From: Spongospora subterranea f. sp. subterranea
Taxonomy: Eukaryota
Direction: 5' to 3'
DNA: 64,000 nucleotides
Assembly: GCA_049724395.1 (NCBI GenBank)
Contig: JAUGWO010000140.1
Location: 124,001 to 188,000, forward strand
Shown here: one piece after another, positions 14,672-27,078 of the stretch
Layout of the letters: every line of letters begins with the position of its first letter
Position numbering within the stretch: position 1 is the stretch's first letter
The notes under the pieces: generated by a model
Told to the model about the DNA's origin: nothing
Database searches by the model: none
The model's input: the letters and a program-made list of their open reading frames with translations, nothing else
Position numbers and translations under genes: made by a program

Positions 14672-16017
14672 TTAAAATTGTTCAACCTCTCGAGAACGTT
14701 CCTGGTGTCGACGTTCCATCGCCGCGTTGTCGGGATTGTTCGGGTCGTCGTCGTCGTCGTGAGCGGCGGCGGCGTTCTCCTCGTCGTTTAGCATCGAGAC
14801 CAGATCGAGAAAATCGTCGATCACGGCAATGCACTCCTGATACAATCGCATCTGCTCGTCGCCGATGTGATCGCCGCCCGTTCCCCCATTATCGTTCGTC
14901 GGTCCTCCGCGAAGGTGCAGTACGGCTTGCAGCACGAAGTCGTCCAATTCCTCAGCGCCCAGCCCGCTCAAACTGAACTCCTTCAGCGTGTTCATGATAT
15001 CGGCTAATCGTGGATCGGTTTCCTGTTCAACGCGAGTGAGAAGAACCTCCCAAAGAAAAAGGCCAAACGCTCTTCACCTGATTCGCTTGTTCATTTCTTC
15101 TCTCATCGGCCTGTTGTCGTTCGATCCGATCGCCTTCGTAGCCCTCGATCTGTTCGGCGATCTCATCCCGCTCGCGATCGGGCTCGGTGACGTTGCTGGG
15201 AGCGTCGTTCGTCGGCCTGAGGCAGTTGCTCCTGTTCCCTTGGTCGCCGATCCCGCTCCCGGCTCCTCCTGTTCCCGATCCCGGCGGCGGTTGGCGACCC
15301 GCCCGATGACCCCACAAGGTGAAGGCCGATCTGCGCGTTCTCCAGCGCGTAATGGATCACGTCCACATGGATTTGCGTTAGCGTTGACCCATCGGGCAAC
15401 AATAACTGCACAAGGCCATGATGTCCATTACCGTATTCCGGTTCCTGTAATTCATCATCGTCCTCGTCGTCGTCGTCGTCATCGGGCCCGTTCTGTTCAT
15501 GACGATCCAGCGTCCCCGTGATGTTCAGATCGCGATCCGATCGGGCCGCATCTGTCATGGATCGGTCAGCCAACGCATATAGCAACTGTTGCAGATCCTC
15601 TCGTCGACTAGCCGAGTTCATTTGCGAAAACAGATCGCTCTCAATCTGTCGATCGATATCGTGTTCCAGATGTCGCTCCTCGTTTCGACTCTCTTCGGAC
15701 TCCACCCTTGACAGCTCCGATTCCAATCGCGACAACATCCGCTCGTCGTTTGTGTCGAGGATGGAGATCATGGCGAAGATGTGGTCCAGTCGTGATACTC
15801 TCCCGTTTCTTCCCAGAACCGCGTCCGTTCCCTCCCCGATCACATTGTTCGAGAATCGACTGGAACCCGCGCTGGGAACGATCGCCAGCTCGGACGACGA
15901 GGGGATCGGTTCTGGTTCGACGGGCAGAGAGCCCCGTCTGGCGGCGACGGTCGCTTGATTACGATCAGGCATTGCTGATCGAAACCTGATTGGCCAGGGC
16001 TGACGGGGCGATGGCAC
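14672..16017 (-). CDS. Hypothetical acidic protein
   Basis: ORFs 15163-16017, 15027-15317 and 14672-14995 form one acidic, protein-like run ending 20 bp from the RRP41 stop. No family recognised; start uncertain. Confidence 0.55.
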
Positions 16018-16220
16018 GCGTTATCGTCCCCGCCCGAACGTGACGTCATCCACATACGTTGTCGGCTTTTCGCTCAACAGCCCAACCCAGGTAAAAAACA
16101 CCAACGGGATGACTCCACCCGCTTGACAACACTCGATGGCTTTACGCCAAACAACCAACGCGCGGACTCCACTGGTTTCGAAGGGCGAATCGCCGTTGAG
16201 GGTTATAACACCCATCTGGT

Positions 16221-19200
16221 TCACTTTATTCTACTCATATCTGACCGTAATTGCTTCGTTAATGACGCGACCAGAACGTCGACCGATACGTTCGCCGTGG
16301 CGCGATAATGGAAACTGGCCAAGGCAGTATTATCCGCAACCTGGGCACGAATCACGATTGGGGCTGAGCACGACAACACGCGAAATCGAACCTGAGCCGA
16401 TTGCCGATGCAGATCGAGGTGCAGGCGGAGCAGGCGCTGCGACATGAGCCGATCGACCATTCGGTCCAGATACATCTTGATCGTCGCCGCTTCATCTTGG
16501 GTGGCGATCTTCGTCAGCAGCGCGATCAGAATGGACTAAGGGCGGAAACGCGTGAGCCCCAAAGCGTTTTTCCGTCGAAAGCTATGGAATCCGAACCTTG
16601 TCCAAAATATTCGACGAATGGCGCATAATGGTCGTGATTTCGGTGTCTTTCCGGTCCGTTAATCGCGTTTGTTCAATACGGGATCGCTCGGTTCTGCAGA
16701 TATCGATTGTCATCGCGTCGCTCCAATCAGTAATCAGACTTGATACGGTTTGCTCGATCAAGACGTCGCCGCAGATCTCATCACAGATTTCCATGAGCAT
16801 TGGATCTAGGAGGACCTGTGCGTTATCAGCGTTGAGAGAGGCGCGAGCCGGCTTCATTACCTGTAATCTGGCCATATCCTCGACCAATTGCAGATAATCG
16901 TTGACCATCTGGGAGGTGACTTCTCGTACTACGCCAGGGAGGACGGCGTCGCATTCTTCATCGATCAACGTGTTGACGGCCATCTTGACGATGCCGGCCG
17001 AGCGCGTTAGCGAGCATTGCTGAAGGTAGTCTTCGACCAGGTGGTCAAACACGTCGATAACGCACGCGCGGCACAACTCCTGGACGACCAGCGATGTGAT
17101 CGTGTCCAGGACGTCCTTGGCGATCAGGACGTCCTCTGGGTACGGGGCGAACCTGTCGCTGCTCGCTTGGATCACCTCGATGAACAGGTCGGGGATCATC
17201 TCCCCAGTTAAGAACTCGTCCAACAGTCGCCCGGTGATCTCATTGGCGACATCAACGTGGAATTGGTCCCGTCTCGATCGAATACCTACTCTGATAACTC
17301 TCCACCTATAAAGCCCACAATTAGCGAAAATATCATCTCCGTTCGTGTTAAAATTTCAATGAACCAATGCTGAATCTTTTTCGCCGCCTTCTCCTGTTTG
17401 ACGAATTTGCCCTTAGCGGCGCCCTGGAATGGTTTCCCACGGGACTCGTCCGACACGTTTTTTGGAGTTTGGTCAGGAACATGAGGGGTCGGATGTTGCA
17501 GACCATTGATATATTGAGTATAGGTGGCAGGGTCCAGACCAGGCCATTGAGGCAGCATGAAAGGGGGCATCATGAACCCATAGGGGGGATACTGACAATA
17601 ATACGGATTAGGGCGCCGCCTGGTTGGTGATCTATGAGACCTCGGAAGGTGGCGTGGTTTGGGTCGCCGTTTATAACGGGGCTCTTCGTATCCTTCGTCA
17701 CTATCCATAAGTACTCGTGTTGTTCGTTGCTTGACCATATCGCCACCTCCTTCCCGATACTCTGCAACTGGCAGTCGATAAAAGAGATGCTGTACACCTG
17801 GGGTATTGGTACCGCCATGGTATTCGCCGATATCTGCTTAGCCGGACACATACGCTTATAAACAGATAGATAATTTATAGTTTTGTAGAGCATCGATAAC
17901 CAATTACCGCCCGTAATGCAGAGTAGAGATCCCTTTCCAGCTGTTGTATATCGCCGTATTCTTCAATACGGAGCTGTTGAGCTTCAGCACATAGTAGATC
18001 GGGAAGAAATAAAGCAGAACGTCTTAGTTCCAAAGACTCGGCCTCAACGGACCGAAGACTTTCACCAAGTTGACGATTGCTTGAGATAAAAACCATCAGC
18101 AACAACGTCGTAAGCAAATGATGATATTAAACCTATCTGACAGAAGTACATTCTCAGCTTTTAACAAGTCAAGCTCTAAGCTCAGGGCGTCAACTTCAGA
18201 ATGTAACTGAACAATACGCCCAGAGTCCTCCTAAACATGTTGTCAGCTAGGTTTCTCAATCAGGGAGTGCAGTACCAAACGGTCGGCTTGCTCCGAGCTC
18301 CGTTCACCATGTGACTCTTGCTGCGTCCTCATATATAGTGTTTTGTATTGATGTACCTACAAATAAAGGTCAAGCTTGACTATAAAGATAACTTTCAACA
18401 TACCTGTATTTGTAGCAAACGGTTTTGCCTTTTCAAATCATCATTAATGCGGTTGAAGTCGCCCCTTTCAAACTCCGACTTCTGCAGCCGTTCACGAAGT
18501 ATCAAAATCTCATCCTGGTGTGACGTCAACTCGGCATCTTCACAGGCTTCATTGACCTGAGGCAAGATGATAATGAGACATTTCTAAACGGTGTCACCAT
18601 TTGCTCCATACACTGGCATAAAGGTTCACATTCGCGATCCTACAGGCAAGACGAAGTGTCGATACAGACTCGTCAATACAGGATCGCGCTGGCGCGATAC
18701 ACTGAATGAACGCAGTCCTCGAGTTTCCACCAAGGCAGTTCTGTTTAACAGGTCAGGACAAGTGGATTCAAAAATGTGAACACAGTACTTTCAGAATTAA
18801 CGTCAAACGGCTGTCGCGAAATGGAGCGTGGCTAAACAAGATTTAGATCTCAACAATGAAGACAACCCACTCATTACGTCAGCCCTCTGCTAAGTGCGGA
18901 AATTACAGTCCCAAGAAATAAAAGCGACTTATTTATCGCTGTGCCTTCTTTGAAATTGACACCATTACCTGAAGTCCGCGATATTCTTTCTGAATCGACA
19001 ATGAGCAAACGCAAAATACTGAAATGATCTTGGAACCTGAGCCAGCTAAATTCAACAAAGTTTAGCTGAGATGTCAGATGCTTTCCTCGCCCAGGTGAAT
19101 CTGGTAAAACAAAGTGAATCATTGTTTCTTAGGCAGAAGAAGACGCAGTTCACCATGAGCTCCGCGACTCTCAATTGACATTCGGAAGATAAGGTGCGAG

Positions 19201-20113
19201 CGAGAGCTATGCTCATTCATGTTCGTTTGACTAGTTTTTCTCTTCGATCGTCCGAATTCCACAATTTGAAAAGCCTGATCTTGAGAAGATACTTCTTCTT
19301 CGATCAGGCCCTTGATTATGATTTTCTGACAAGCGTTTGAGAGCAGAATATAAAAAGAAGATAATTCAGCTTACTTCTTTGTCTTCTTGAAGAGGCAGAT
19401 TTTCTTCAACACCCGCTAAAAGATCAAATACATGTTCATTGTATATCTCAATATATGAAAGCTTCACCACGAATTCGCGGTCGGTGTCCTAAACCTTTTG
19501 TGGTTAACAAAACGGTTTGGTTCAAGATCAAGTCCCATACCTGACGGATAGCTTCGAACAGACTCTTGATGGCGAGTGGTATTATACCAGGCTCTGTCTC
19601 ATTGCCTTGGCACGTATACGTCTTACCCTAAGAGAAAAAAAACTATAAATGTACCCCGTTAAGTAATTGATTTAACAAAAATCCAATTACCGCTGAGGTT
19701 TGACCATAGCAACAAATGGCGCCATTAACTCCAAATAAACTGTCACGAACGATAGGTGCAACCAGACCTTCGTAAACGGTTGAGGTAGTTGCATCAGGCC
19801 CGAATACGTGCTTAAACCTAATGGAGGTCAAAATATTATATTGGATGAACTACTCAACAAACGATGAAAGAAATCGAATTGTCTTTGACTCAAGTACTAG
19901 CGGCAATTTGATTCTGTACCTGAATTCGGTGGTGTTCTTCGCTTTATGATGCTTATGTATGGGCTGTATTTGCGTAATCGACTGGCCATCGACAGACCAT
20001 GCGCATTTCTTCCCAGCTGTAATTTCTGCTTCCGTCAACGGGCGGATACGAATCCCAACTTGAATACGTTGGACTTCTGGATCCACACCTTCCATCACCT
20101 GTACAGCAGCCAT
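16221..20113 (-). CDS. N-type kinesin (kinesin-7/CENP-E-like motor) with coiled coil, IQ motif and helical C-terminal region
   Basis: IQVGIRIRP, CYGQTSA|GKT, SYIEIYNE, NEHSSRSH, LNFVDLAGSE (extra base at ~19051), INKSL, PFRDSRLT, ETVSTLRL. Plausible GT-AG splicing continues without a stop into 17738-16221; motor-tail linkage is inferred. Confidence 0.75.
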
Positions 20114-20331
20114 TGGCTTTGGCGCGGCGGAGTTCCCGAATTTGATTCTGGGCGCGTTTTATCTCACACTCCCAGCCTGTTTTGCTTTGGCGACCAGGCG
20201 ATGACGATCGTGATGATCTCCAACCCGATAGCGGTGATCTTCGCCAATTAGGAGAATGATCAGGATGGTGTTACACCTCACACTCGCTGTCGATATATCC
20301 TATAGTGAAACGGCATCCACTGCGGGTCGTG

Positions 20332-20383
20332 GTGTGTATCGCTATCAGTATAGTGCAGTGTGTATCGCTATCAGTATAGTGCA
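20332..20383. repeat. Tandem duplication, 2 x 26 bp
   Basis: GTGTGTATCGCTATCAGTATAGTGCA twice. Confidence 0.9.
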
Positions 20384-20449
20384 GTAGCACCAGCTACGTG
20401 TTACAGAGTGCGATGAGGGGTTCCGCTACGGTTGCGATGGCCAACGGAA

Positions 20450-22645
20450 ATGGCGTTCTGGCAGGTCTTCAACGACTGCTATCACTCTACACTCCCATGG
20501 GCTGGGGTTTTAGAATCGGAAGACCACGTATTTCAGTATCAATGACGTGAAATTTATTCTTTTACTGTAGATTTTGGCATCACTCATTCCCTATATAGAT
20601 ATCTGTACAAAACGGCAACGCCTTTTTTTGAAGTTTGACATTTTTTTCTCGGCTTGTAAATCGGTATCTAGGTTCACCTCGGCAGTCAAATGGACAATAA
20701 ATTCTCTTCACCGCATTACAGAACCAAAATGATCTACCCTCAAGAGTGTTGAATGATAGTTGATGTTTGGTTGCCTGTAAAATAGAGTTGAGTCATCTTG
20801 TGCATTACCTCCCAACCCGCCGATTCTGTCAGCAATCCTCAAACTCATTTTTGCCCATTTTACAGAATCTCGTTTCTGATTGTCTCAACAGCTTAATCTG
20901 AAATGACACTGAACTATTCGCCAATTCTACAAACCTCCCAATCGATGCGCCGCATTCTGGATAACGATCTGTCCATTCACGAGCAGCGCGGTAAGATCCT
21001 AAAGCAGCTCTGGCAAGAGACGTGGGATGGGTATATTCAGTCCAGGTTTGGGACTAACGAGAGCAAGACCGATCGCCATGAGGACGTTTACTTCGGATCA
21101 CCGAAACACTCACACCATTATCTCGACCAGGAGCTAGAATCCATGACCGATTCAGACGATGTCGTGTTCGATCCTCGCGAAGTCGGAATGTGCCGTCGAA
21201 AGAGCCTGTCCAACCGCAATGTATGGGATAGGCATTTGGAAAACAAACAGATTGAGGACAAGGTTGGCGTTCACGCCTATCGCAATGCGATTGAGGTTCG
21301 TCGGCGACTGGGCGAAGAACACGACTATTTGCTGGAGAAGTGTATGGTCGAGCTAGACGGATGCGACGTCTACTGGGATGGAGCGGTGGATGGCGTCGAG
21401 CTACGTGCGTCGGAACGCGAACCAATGCATCATCACGGCAAGACCGAACGGTGTGGAATCGATAAGACGTTCTACTCGATAATTCCCCCTTTTCAAGAGC
21501 CGGCTGAATCCAGCCTGGGGACGCATCCATTCATATCGATATCGAAAAGCCATTATGGCCGTTTACAGGTATAGGTAATCGCCGATCGGGTTGACGGCTC
21601 ATATTTTGTTGACGTGTTCTCAGGTCATCCCCTTCCCGTTCTCAGCTACGCTCAGGTTCGACGATTGCCACGATATGGTCGTGTTCAACCTGAAAGCCAG
21701 CGACTCTGTGGACGATGTTCGCAGGCTGATCGATCTGAATCTGTCCCGTCCTGACATCGTGTCCCGTCGCCGCCTGCGAAACAAGCTTCGCAGCCTCGAT
21801 GGGGCGAAAAATATTCGTGAACGGGAAGACCTGTCGTCTAGAAATTGTGCACGGGCAAAACACGTGCTGTTTGGTAGATTCGCCAACATGTAAATGCGTT
21901 GGCGTCTCTCGTGGATTCACATGCCGCCTCGTTATGGGCTCAGATCCATGGCGATTCTCGCCCTCGTGCTTGTTGCATAGACGTGCGTCCAACGTGATTA
22001 CTTTGCAGCTGTCCAACAAGGAGGAAGCGAACGAGTATCTGGACGCGATATGCTCCCAAGTCGATGACGTGCGCGTTGCCGTTTTAGAACAAGCTTTAGC
22101 GACATTACGGAAAGAAACTTATATGCATTTTCAAGAAAGGCAACTGTCCTTACCCTTTGAATGTATATCTCCCATTTCAACGCTTCTGGCCCGAGCTAAC
22201 CTGTTCCTTCTCAGTTCATATTCAGGTGTATCACGATTTTGAACTTGACCATCATCAGCTGAATGAGTTCCTGTCTGGATATCGCCGCGAATGTCCCATC
22301 TATGACATGCTCATCAGTGACCAGTCGAATGCGGTTTATGATCTGCTGCACGTGATCGGCATTCTCAAAGACTATCAGCCTCACAAGTTTCTTTGGTGGG
22401 CATTCTGGTATGACGTGCACCGATCCAATTACGCCATCTGGCCATACCGTCCGCAAATGGCTGTTGCCATAGATCCTCTGAAACCCGATTCGGTCGCTTT
22501 TTTGTGGGATCACATAGCGTCGCCGAAGCGCTTATTGGATATATTGTCTTCGAAAGGCGTCACTGATGACAGTTTAATCGCCCACCTCCCAATCCAACAG
22601 CTGTTAAACCGAATCCACATAATGAAGGGGAGATCTGCGGTCTGA
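20450..22645 (+). CDS. Hypothetical multi-exon protein
   Basis: ORFs 20903-21574, 21591-21893, 21799-22242 and 22157-22645 with GT-AG junctions; upstream exons from about MAFWQVFNDCY. Start uncertain. Confidence 0.6.
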
Positions 22646-22929
22646 CGACATGCAATTTTGAATCCTTTCCATGTACATAATTGCAAGTGTTTCATTAAAA
22701 AAAGCGCTTTAGCGACATGCGACCACAAATGACAAATTGAACAGCAGTCGAAGCCGAAAAGCGTTATCGCTTTCTGATTAAGTGCCATAGATCTGGACTG
22801 TTTTCATTTTGTGATTTTTGCTAAGATTATACTTGTATGGCTGCTATTGGTTCCGTATCCGATCTAATTTCTCCGTTATTCAACGATTTGATTGCCGATG
22901 CGTCAGTGCACCAAACATTGTGAGCAATC

Positions 22930-23959
22930 ATGACGAAAACAGAGAAGACCCGAGCGATATTGATCGTCGGTGCTACCGGACGGATCGGATCAGCCCTTAC
23001 CACGTATCTATTGAGTCGCTTCCCTAACTATAAGATCGTAATCCTTGTTCGAAACCGATTGAAAGCTGAGCGATTATGGGAGAGTGATATAGCCCAAGGG
23101 CGTGTCAAAGTCTGCCTTACCACTAATCTGGGTGCAAAGGACATCTTCAAAGCGCTCGACGGCGTAGACATAGCAGTGTGGTGTGCTGGACCTCGCTCGG
23201 CTTTCTCCCTATCCAACATGTTCGGTTTAGCAAGCTCCCCCGACACGTCGAAGTCGGTCGACTATTACGGTATCAGAAATCTGGTCGAAGCGATAAAAAC
23301 GTCACCCACACTTCAAAGAGTTATCATGGTATCACCACCTGAAGGTAATCATTGCAATTGTTATGTGCAGGATCAAAATTGAACAAATGTGGTAGTTGCT
23401 CGGCCAATGCTTCCGAGCACCATCTACAAAAACTTGATGAATAATGGTATTTTTTACTGGAAAGAGCTTGGCGAACACTTGGTTAAAGGTAGAGCATAGT
23501 TCCTGGGCAAATCAGATTGCTAAATTTTACAATTTAGAAAGCGGGATCGATTACACAATTATCCGTCCGCATAACGTCACCCAAGGTGATGACAAGGCAA
23601 GCAACGCTCCGTCTGAAGTTTCCTTTCATCAACACCCATTGCCGCTTTGGAAATCGAACAAAATAGAACTTGGCATACTAGCCGGAATTATCTCGGAGGC
23701 GATTGAACGTCCTGAGAAAACAACCCGATCTACGTTTGAGATAAGCGGCAAAACAAGTGGGGCCGAAGCGTGGGATGATCTTTTTGATAAGCTTCGCCCC
23801 GATAATGATATCAGCTCGAGAGCCATCAAGAGAAGGCATCACCATGGCGTAGGAATTGCCATTGGCCTTGGTGTACTGGCAGCAGCAACAACTGGTATTG
23901 CCATCGAAGGGTATAAAAGATTTGGAGGCGGGGAGGGCGACACTCGCAAAATTCGTTGA
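22930..23959 (+). CDS. Atypical SDR / NAD(P)-binding Rossmann protein with C-terminal hydrophobic segment
   Basis: ILIVGATGRIG, VILVRN, ALDGVDIAVWCAG, VDYYGIRNLVEA, SGIDYTIIRP. Confidence 0.8.
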
Positions 23960-24009
23960 TTAGTGGCACAAAACTATGATGTTATAAATATAGTATAAAG
24001 TTAAAAAGG

Positions 24010-25250
24010 CTATGATCGTCGACGCCGCTTTTTACGCTTATTTTGTGGCTGAAAAAATGTCAGCATTCATAGTGTCGTCAATGAAAGCTTAATGGTTTTG
24101 ACCTGGGTACTCTCTGCAGGAATTCGCCTCAGCAGTAAACGAAGCTTACGCTCGGCATTGGCCGTCTCGCGAGCACTCCAATTTTGCAGAAATCCATGTT
24201 CCCGCATCACCTACACATAACTTTTTGATGGGCGAATGTGTACTTGTCGACGCATTCCAAATCCTTTAAGCACAACCAGACCTTGAGTAGATCGGCAGCC
24301 ACTGGGTGCATTCTTGGACCATTTCTCCAGTCAATCAGAGCCAGCCTCAATTTACTGCCAAGGGTATCTTCTCTTTCCGCTTCAGCAGCAAATCCGCAGT
24401 TCAACGGGGTCGACAACTGCTGCGACACTTCATTCTACAGCACAATTCGGTAAGGGCCTCAGTTGTGGACGATCGGCAGAGGCAGGACCAGTTTATCAAG
24501 ATCTTGTTCGATCATGGTATTGATCTGATCATCATCAAGACCATCCATTATTGTATGAGAAGCGGGTCGGGTCATGCCGATTACCTGTACCCACTTATCG
24601 TAACGTTGGGTCCTCCTGTCAACACTACTACTACACCGATACAACTGGTGTCAGGCGGTAACCGCATATCTGGGCATGTCATCCAGACGTGATCCAGTCC
24701 ACTCATGTACTGCACGCCGCGATTAGTGCGCCACACCTGGATTATTGCCCTTTTCACCAGAGGAAGTGCGATCCTGAGTGAGTTCGACGCCAACTTGATG
24801 TTGTTACCACGTGCTGAGATGTCCTGAGTCATTTCGCAATTGCCCAGTGCTGATCAAGACAAAGAGCCAGAACTTTTTACAGCACAATTACTGTTGGCAA
24901 CAGAATTGGAGCCCAAGATCGTAAAGCGGATTATCGGGTCCAAAAAAAAACACAAACTAGCTCCGTTTATAGTCTTAACAGCTATGTACGGTGCAAGACG
25001 ACATCGTTCTCTGTACATCGTTCTCTGTAAACAGTACTGTAGAATACAACATTCGTTTGCATACGCATTCAACTCCTGTCAAATGTGGACAAAAGGGCAA
25101 TGTGTGAGTCCCCGCTAGTGGATCCGATAATGCATGTTTGTGTCGATAGCAGAAAATGCAAATTCTTCGTTGTTGCTCTCCAAAGAAACTGCCAGATATT
25201 TCCCACATTGGGGCAAACAGTTGAAAACAAAATAATAATGTGCTTATTGC
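24010..25250 (-). CDS. Hypothetical multi-exon protein with basic C-terminus
   Basis: In-frame GT-AG splicing YDKWVQ|INTMIEQDLDKL|NEVSQ...LLK|VMREHGF...ESTQ|PQNKRKKRRRRS*. The 5' extent is unresolved and may reach ~26000. Confidence 0.55.
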
Positions 25251-26021
25251 GAACCGATAGAATATCTCGTTAGCATTGAACGATGAGAGTTGCCAACGAC
25301 CACGTCGTATCAGCAAACATATGTCATATACTCCTACTTGAATTACGCTGTGAAAACCGTCGCAGGAATCGCTTGCGGTTTTCCGCTCATGACATTAACA
25401 TCTCGTGGGACCATGACTATCGCATCACCCTACAACCGGGTCTCGATCCAACATCTCTAGGCGTTGTGCGGATTGACGGTAGCGCGGACGCCATGACCAT
25501 CGTGACTGTTTTTCACTCCTCAAAGACAAGCGTCGTGGTGTGTTCATACCTCTCAAGACGAGCGCCCGAAAATTCAATGCCAAACCCTGCAAACACGGTC
25601 AAACACGCGTTTATTGTGTTGACCTCGATTCCCATAAATCCTCTACGACGACCTTGCCCTGCTGTTCCCGCCTCCACTAGCGAATAATTTTCTGATATGT
25701 CTTCGACGTGTACTGCGTTTGAAGCAACCATCATTACCCCGACACCAAATAGTGTTTTCTGCGTTTTCTTTCCCAAGCCGTAACGGACACGATAATTTAC
25801 CGTTTGTTGATCGGCAGCTGTTTTCTCGTGACACCAAAGGTTGGAGTGGTTTGTCATGTCCTGTACTCTACACAGTGCAGCTGACAGATGCGTTGGCAAT
25901 CTGATTTGCCCATCAAATGCAATCACAATTCGTGTCAGCCGTCTTCTGTGCGGCCCCAAGGTCAACGTTATTCGCACCCAGACAATCATAACAATGTTAT
26001 GTATAAGTATTGGTTTCGGCT

Positions 26022-26378
26022 TTAAAGCATTAGAGCCGGATCAACCTGGTCCAGTTTGGCGTTGGCTTGGCTACTTCTGGTTTCGCGCGACAAGAACCGC
26101 CCTGGTAGACCGAGCTTGTGAAATTGCCCGAACGTGACCGATGTTAAAGAACCCGTTTGATTCTCTTCGGTGATTGTGGACGTCTCTCTCTGCAATTCGG
26201 CGAGACGTCGCCGACGGAACCGAAAAATCAGCATCACGAAAAATCCAGCGACGATGATGAAGGCGCTGACGGTGATGACGTAATTCGCCAAGGCTGTCTT
26301 TTCCCTTGGTTCGTCATCTTTCTGAGCCCCGATTAGCTCGACGATGACATATATTATAATAATCGGGATCTGAATCAT
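26022..26378 (-). CDS. Small putative single-pass membrane protein
   Basis: Hydrophobic N-terminus, TM-like YVITVSAFIIVAGFFVMLIF followed by RFRRRR (positive-inside). Confidence 0.5.
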   Translation of the reverse strand: MIQIPIIIIYVIVELIGAQKDDEPREKTALANYVITVSAFIIVAGFFVMLIFRFRRRRLAELQRETSTITEENQTGSLTSVTFGQFHKLGLPGRFLSRETRSSQANAKLDQVDPALML

Positions 26379-26497
26379 GTTATGGCAATGACTCAAAACA
26401 GGGGGCACGACCGGTTGTAGATATACAGGAACGCCACGCGACCCTGAACATCAAGGGTAAAAACATCGGATCAATGAACAGAAACAGTAAGAATAAA

Positions 26498-26805
26498 GAC
26501 GCCATCGTCTAAGGACACTTGGCAGCCAAGCCCGACTCATCGTGCTCGGACCAGATCCAGCAAGACGGAGGCTCTTGATAAGAAAACAACGTTCGACGCC
26601 TACCAGTACGTGGTGAGTCCCGCTGGAAAAGTGTCGGAAAACCACGAACTGGTAGGATTCGAACGTTGTGTTCTTTCCGAGAGCACCGTCCAAATAGACG
26701 GGTCCGAGGGGATTATCAGCCTCTAGCGGCTTTGCCTTGCTTGATTTGGTCCGAGCACGATGAGTCGGGCTTGGTTGCCAAGTGGCCTTCCAGACCATTG
26801 GCCTC
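26498..26805. ncRNA. 308-nt foldback; candidate pre-miRNA / hairpin RNA
   Basis: Outer arms 26511-26564 and 26736-26789 are complementary at 50/54 positions; inner stem 26580-26675; intergenic. The structure is certain, the RNA function is inferred. Confidence 0.6.
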
Positions 26806-27078
26806 GAACGCCAATGTAAGCTGGCGTTGTCAATGAATGAAGTCGCTGTTCCCTTGAAGCTGTGAGAGCTTTCCCAACAACCTCTCGGCGTTTACCATTT
26901 CTGAGTTGTTTTTTAGTAATAGCGATCTGGGCCCATAACCAAACAGATGAACAGTGAAAATTTATATTGGACGTTGCCGTACGAACATGGCAACAGCTAT
27001 AGTACGGACATGAATATCAAGGCGGCAATCCATATAATTCAACTCAAGGAAACGATCATTGTTTAGGAATGACCAGAT

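Noticed and set aside
25427..25594. Telomerase-template-like ACCCTACAACC and CAAACCCTGCAAAC
   Set aside because: The telomere repeat of this genome is unknown to me, and the region probably encodes - strand exons.
26498..26805. SRP RNA (similar size, rod shape)
   Set aside because: No helix-8 CAGG...AGCAG motif or Alu domain, and the stems are too perfect.
26973..27010. Group II intron domain V-like hairpin
   Set aside because: No AGC/CGC triad, wrong spacing, no other intron domains.
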